Below the pieces are notes generated by a model. It searched no databases. It saw only the letters and a program-made list of their open reading frames with translations, and was not told the DNA's origin. Shown in pieces: positions 27,539-31,438 of a DNA stretch of 31,438 nt; position 1 is the first letter of the stretch; every line of letters starts with the position of its first letter. A program made the translations under genes and the position numbers. Source of the stretch: an uncultured Chroococcidiopsis sp. (lineage in GTDB: Bacteria; Cyanobacteriota; Cyanobacteriia; Cyanobacteriales; Chroococcidiopsidaceae); assembly GCA_964248365.1 (NCBI GenBank), contig CAXTYC010000012.1:94232-125669 (forward strand), given 5' to 3'.

Positions 27539-28627
27539 ATGAGGTTAGGCTTGCGATCGCGTCTTTTTCTCTCCCATGTGCTAGTAACGGCAGTAGGGAT
27601 ACTCAGTCTTGTGATCATCGGCAAAGTCTCCTCACCTCGCTTTTTTGTCGTCCACCTGCAACAACTAGAAGATGAGGGTTGGGATTTAATCGATGTCCGT
27701 ACTGAATTGGTTCAAGGATTTGAAGCTGCTTGGTATCTTGGTACTGTTTGGTCAATACTGATCGGCTCAACCGCAGCTGGGGGGTTAAGTTACTGGGTGT
27801 CCAAACGGATTATGCAACGTTTAGCCGAAATGGAACAAATCACCCAAAAGTTTGCCGTCGGTGAACTAGATGCACGGCTACCAGCTAGTGATATTCCCGA
27901 ACTTAACCGCCTAAATACCAGTTTCAATCGTATGGCGGCAAGTTTGTCAGGGGTAGAACAGCGGCGGCGAGAACTCGTGAGCGATCTTACTCATGAACTG
28001 CGGACACCACTGACAGTTGTGCGCGGTTACTTAGAGGAACTTGCTGACGGCGGACTTGAACCATCTTCAGAGATTTATCAACAACTAATCAGAGAAACCA
28101 AACGGTTGGAACGCTTAGTAAACGATTTGCAAGAACTCTCCAAGGCTGAGGCTGGATACTTACCAATCAACTTGCAAGCAGTTAATCTGCGTCCCTTGCT
28201 GGAGTCATTGGTAGAAAAATTTGCCGACCAGATTTTAGAAGATGGTCCAGTTTTGCGTCTAAAATGTCCCCTCCAGCTACCTCTGGTATTAGCCGATCTT
28301 GACCGCACCGAGCAAGTTTTGGTTAACTTGGTTGGTAATGCAGTGCGTTACACTCCTAAAGGTTCTATTACCGTCCGTGTCTGGACTGAACCTGGTAAAG
28401 TATGGATTGCAGTAATTGATACAGGTATTGGTATTGCCCCAGAGGATTTACCCCATGTATTTGAGCGCTTTTTTCGTGCCGATCGCTCTCGTACTAGGCA
28501 TTCTGGGGGTACTGGTATTGGTTTGGCGATTTCCCGCCGTTTAGTTGAACTACAAGGTGGGCAAATTTTTGTGGAAAGTCAACAAGGATCGGGTAGTATA
28601 TTTCGGTTTTTCTTGCCTTTGGCTTAA
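27539..28627 (+). CDS. BaeS-like sensor histidine kinase (2 TM, short loop, HAMP, HisKA, HATPase)
   Basis: THELRTPL, NLVGNAVRYT, DTGIGI, FERFFR and GTGIGLAI; only about 35-40 aa between the TM helices. Confidence 0.95.
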   Translation: MRLGLRSRLFLSHVLVTAVGILSLVIIGKVSSPRFFVVHLQQLEDEGWDLIDVRTELVQGFEAAWYLGTVWSILIGSTAAGGLSYWVSKRIMQRLAEMEQITQKFAVGELDARLPASDIPELNRLNTSFNRMAASLSGVEQRRRELVSDLTHELRTPLTVVRGYLEELADGGLEPSSEIYQQLIRETKRLERLVNDLQELSKAEAGYLPINLQAVNLRPLLESLVEKFADQILEDGPVLRLKCPLQLPLVLADLDRTEQVLVNLVGNAVRYTPKGSITVRVWTEPGKVWIAVIDTGIGIAPEDLPHVFERFFRADRSRTRHSGGTGIGLAISRRLVELQGGQIFVESQQGSGSIFRFFLPLA

Positions 28628-28633
28628 TAGTAA

Positions 28634-28762
28634 GGGGTTAGAGACTAGGGGCTAGGGGCTAGAAGAAAGTTGGGGGAGCTAAAGGGAGCTAAAGGGAGCT
28701 AAAGGGAGCTAAATTTATAATCTCTCGCCTCTCGCCTCTGGTTCCTCTCGCCCCTAGCCCCT
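28634..28762. repeat. STRR arms (GGGGCTA / CCTCTCG, CCCCTAG) flanking (GGGAGCTAAA)x4
   Basis: 10-mer x4 at 28674-28713, with inverted heptamer arms on both sides. Confidence 0.88.
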
Positions 28763-28801
28763 GATGCCTCCTACATCGCTAATCTCCAATTACTAATAGC
28801 T

Positions 28802-28855
28802 TTCACCCTTTTGACACAATATAGTCATAAAGCCGTCACATCTAGCTGTTAATTT
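28802..28855 (+). promoter_or_regulatory. OmpR/PhoB-type phased repeat array plus -10, upstream of the RRM gene
   Basis: TTCACC (28802), GACACA (28813), GTCATA (28824), GTCACA (28835), 9 nt, then TAATTT. Confidence 0.72.
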
Positions 28856-29086
28856 AAAGCTATCTGACTTTTACAACTCAAATCCTTAGCGCCCTAGCCG
28901 CCTGCTGCCGACTCTTTGTATCAAAGGGTTACTCTCCCTTGAGGCTCCTTAGCGTCTATGCGCGAACAAAATCCCAGCACCCTAAGTTTCCCGATTGCAA
29001 TTAAATTCTAGTCAATTTAGATTCTAAATAATTTTTTGGGAATACTTTGGTTAGGTGTGCCAATTGCATTTGAGGAGTTCTATTCT

Positions 29087-29365
29087 GTGACCATTTTCAT
29101 TAACAACTTGCCTTACCAAATGTCTCAAGCAGATGTACTGGAATTGTTTGCCGACTACGGTGCTATTAGGCATATTTTTTACCCAACAAACGGTCGTACA
29201 GGTCAAGGACTTGGCTTTGCCTTTGTAGAAATGTCTGTAAAATCTCAAGAAGAAACGGCTAAGTTGGATCTAAATGGTTGCCCATTCATGGGGAATCAAT
29301 TGGAAATTAGAGAAGTGAGTTCTGAAGAACCTATTCCAAATAGGCAAATAAGTTACTTAGATTGA
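29087..29365 (+). CDS. Divergent RRM (Rbp-like) RNA-binding protein (92 aa)
   Basis: RNP2 IFINNL and RNP1 LGFAFVEM. GTG at 29087 follows GAGGAG (29072-29077) and is preferred over the TTG at 29036. Confidence 0.85.
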   Translation: MTIFINNLPYQMSQADVLELFADYGAIRHIFYPTNGRTGQGLGFAFVEMSVKSQEETAKLDLNGCPFMGNQLEIREVSSEEPIPNRQISYLD

Positions 29366-29393
29366 GTTTTAGAAAAATTCAATTTATACCTTG

Positions 29394-29420
29394 TGAGGGA
29401 GAAATTCTCCATCTCCCTCA
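29394..29420 (+). terminator. Hairpin downstream of the RRM gene
   Basis: TGAGGGAGA-9 nt-TCTCCCTCA, with no strong U-tract. Confidence 0.45.
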
Positions 29421-29469
29421 GCATAATTAAAGTCAATATAAATAACATTTAATTCGTCAATAATTTCAC

Positions 29470-29583
29470 ATGATTTTAGTATTACCTCCTGTTTTTCTAG
29501 CTATATCTCTGGTTGTTTTACTGACTTTATCAGGATTCGGAGCGATCGCCTATTTGTTTCCTGACGACCACTCTCAAGATTAA
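29470..29583 (+). CDS. Putative 37-aa single-TM small protein (absent from the ORF track)
   Basis: Hand translation MILVLPPVFLAISLVVLLTLSGFGAIAYLFPDDHSQD*: an uninterrupted hydrophobic stretch plus an acidic tail. No clear SD sequence. Confidence 0.5.
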   Translation: MILVLPPVFLAISLVVLLTLSGFGAIAYLFPDDHSQD

Positions 29584-29624
29584 GCCTACTAGCTCTCTTG
29601 CGCTCGTCTACATTAACCCACCAG

Positions 29625-29703
29625 GTATGCCACCCATAGCCAGCAAATTATTTATGGTGGGCGAAGTTGGGTATTACACCATGCGGAGGGATGGGTGGCA
29701 TAC
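29625..29703. repeat. 79-bp element with perfect 13-bp terminal inverted repeats (MITE/REP-like)
   Basis: GTATGCCACCCAT...ATGGGTGGCATAC; same termini family as 12100-12151. Confidence 0.8.
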
Positions 29704-29826
29704 TTTTACTCTTAAAATTAGACTTTCTGCACAAGTCAGTAAAAGGGAAAAGGGCAAGGGAAAAGGAAAATGCAATTCCTTTAACCCTTGTCCCTTTCGC
29801 AATCAGAGCTATCGCACTGTATTTTG

Positions 29827-31119
29827 CTACTGTTGTTCTGCTTGGGCTGTTAAAGCCTCTGGACGCACAGCCAAGTCAAAATTTCGCCCATTGCGATGCA
29901 GCCCTATTCGCATTTGACTACCCACAGAGCTATTTTCTACCGCCTGTTGTACAGTTTCAGCGCTCTTTACAGTTTGCCCATTGATCTGGTGAATTACATC
30001 TCCTGCGCGCAAACCAGCTTTAGCCGCCGGAGAATTAGGCATGACTTTAACAACCAACACGCCACTATCTTCATCCACAGTCAAACCACTGTTAGGATCG
30101 CTGTTGATATTTTGTTTCAACTCAGGTGTGAGTTGCGCCATCTGAATACCCAAGTAAGCGTGTTCTACCTTGCCTTTGGCGATTAGTTGCTGGGAAATAC
30201 GTTGAGCTGTATTAATCGGAATCGCAAAGCCTAAACCTTGAGCGCCTTGGAGAATTGCTGTATTCATCCCAATTACTTCACCACGAGCATTCAGCAGTGG
30301 TCCACCGGAGTTACCTGGATTGATTGCAGCATCGGTTTGAATAAAGCTAACTCGCTTATCAGGAACGCCAACATCGCTGCTAGAGCGACCTGTAGCACTG
30401 ATGATACCTGTAGTGACGGTATTATCTAATCCTAGAGGGTTGCCGATCGCGATCGCCCATTCCCCAGCCTTGAGCCGATCCGAGTTACCCAAAGCTACCG
30501 TAGGCAGCTTATTTGCCTGAATCTTAACAACGGCTACATCGGTAACAGTATCTTCACCCAACACCTTACCCTGATACTTACGTCCATCCTTCAGAGTCAC
30601 TGATACTGTATCCGCACCATCAACAACGTGGGCATTGGTAAGAATACGACCATCGGCACCAATAATAAAACCAGAGCCAGTCCCGCGTTCAATCTGCTTT
30701 TGAGATTGTTTGGGTAATTGCGACCCAAAGAAATCACGAAAGAACGGGTCTTTAAATATCTCTGGAGCTTGAGTAGTAACAGTTCTAGAAGAATCAATCC
30801 TTACTACAGCAGGTCCCACTTTGTCAACCACAGCAGTCACAAAATTGGTGTCCCCAGTCGGTGGCAAACTAGCTACAGTCGTTGGAGGTGGTGCAACAGA
30901 TTGTTGAGAATTAGCTGGCTGTGCTGCTAGAGAATTTCGCGCCTGCAAGTAATTTCCAGAAACAGGAATTGCAGCGCCTAGTAGTATTAATGATAAATAT
31001 GTAGCAGACTTCTGCCATAAAAATTTTTTATTAGCCCCAGTTGGATGAACTGAAGCATTTGAGGAAATATGATTGGATTGACCCGAACCACGATGGAAAT
31101 TAGGCTTTTTGATTTGCAT
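29827..31119 (-). CDS. HtrA/DegP-family (HhoA/HhoB-like) serine protease with one PDZ domain
   Basis: GTGSGFII, LTNAHVV, DVAVVKI, QTDAAINPGNSGGPL and a C-terminal PDZ (SPAAKAGLRAGDVI). ATG 31119 follows AGGAGG. Confidence 0.95.
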   Translation of the reverse strand: MQIKKPNFHRGSGQSNHISSNASVHPTGANKKFLWQKSATYLSLILLGAAIPVSGNYLQARNSLAAQPANSQQSVAPPPTTVASLPPTGDTNFVTAVVDKVGPAVVRIDSSRTVTTQAPEIFKDPFFRDFFGSQLPKQSQKQIERGTGSGFIIGADGRILTNAHVVDGADTVSVTLKDGRKYQGKVLGEDTVTDVAVVKIQANKLPTVALGNSDRLKAGEWAIAIGNPLGLDNTVTTGIISATGRSSSDVGVPDKRVSFIQTDAAINPGNSGGPLLNARGEVIGMNTAILQGAQGLGFAIPINTAQRISQQLIAKGKVEHAYLGIQMAQLTPELKQNINSDPNSGLTVDEDSGVLVVKVMPNSPAAKAGLRAGDVIHQINGQTVKSAETVQQAVENSSVGSQMRIGLHRNGRNFDLAVRPEALTAQAEQQ

Positions 31120-31191
31120 TCGTAATACCTCCTGTAAGGAGGAAGGTAAAACCAAGTTTTGTTTAATTGCTTTCTTGTGCTGACACTTCTA

Positions 31192-31245
31192 AGTGTATAC
31201 ACCTTTTATGAACTTCTTGTGACAGAGTTGTTGCATAGGAGTGAA
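31192..31245 (-). promoter_or_regulatory. OmpR/PhoB-type phased repeat array plus -10, upstream of htrA
   Basis: Minus strand reads TTCACT-N5-GCAACA-N5-GTCACA-N5-TTCATA, 9 nt, then TACACT. Confidence 0.72.
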
Positions 31246-31438
31246 AAATTCCTGTTTAATAGCGCAAAACTGGGGTATCACTAAAGTTATAGAAAATTGG
31301 GCAAGCTTCTCTATTCCAGGGTTTTGAGGCTTAATGCAACCCGTTATGTGGGGCAAAAAGAGCGGTTTGATACTAATAAAATCTGTGTGCGATTCGTTCG
31401 GTCGAAACCGTAGAAACGGGGGATGACTGGCTTCTATA

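Noticed and set aside
29627..29984. Plus-strand ORFs of 96 and 105 aa
   Set aside because: They start inside the palindromic element, run through STRRs and continue antisense into htrA.
2966..31202. Other short ORF-track entries nested in or antisense to called genes
   Set aside because: They overlap well-supported CDSs and show no recognisable domain.

Overview
Cyanobacterial chromosomal DNA. HIP1 octamers (GCGATCGC) and 7-9 bp short tandem repeats (STRRs) are abundant, consistent with a Nostocales- or Chroococcidiopsidales-like genome. In order, the window holds: psbZ-ribH-tRNA-Gly(GCC); a psb34/ssl1498-family gene missed by the ORF track, with an exact HLR1 (RpaB) box; glgP; an ABA4-like gene; cobW; ho1; a sulfurtransferase; a three-gene outer-membrane beta-barrel / FecR-domain / CHASE2 Ser-Thr kinase cluster; a labA-like NYN gene; leuA; a GT-C-like membrane protein and a methyltransferase; a five-gene split-MprF cluster with two paralogous exported esterases and a hydrolase; an OmpR/BaeS-like two-component pair; a divergent RRM protein; an unannotated 37-aa membrane ORF; and an HtrA protease. 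Three observations stand out. (1) Three promoters in the right third share one architecture: four 11-bp-phased (G/T)(T/A)CA(C/T)A-like hexamers, then 9 nt, then a TANNNT -10 element. This suggests an envelope-stress regulon linking the local two-component system to HtrA and aminoacyl-lipid remodelling. (2) The MprF genes are split and in reversed order, with PesT/Ag85-like esterases alongside. (3) The barrel/FecR/CHASE2-kinase cluster is a candidate trans-envelope signalling relay. STRR cassettes have also inserted in frame into four genes. No CRISPR array, transposase or prophage was seen. All family assignments come from motif recognition by eye, not database searches.
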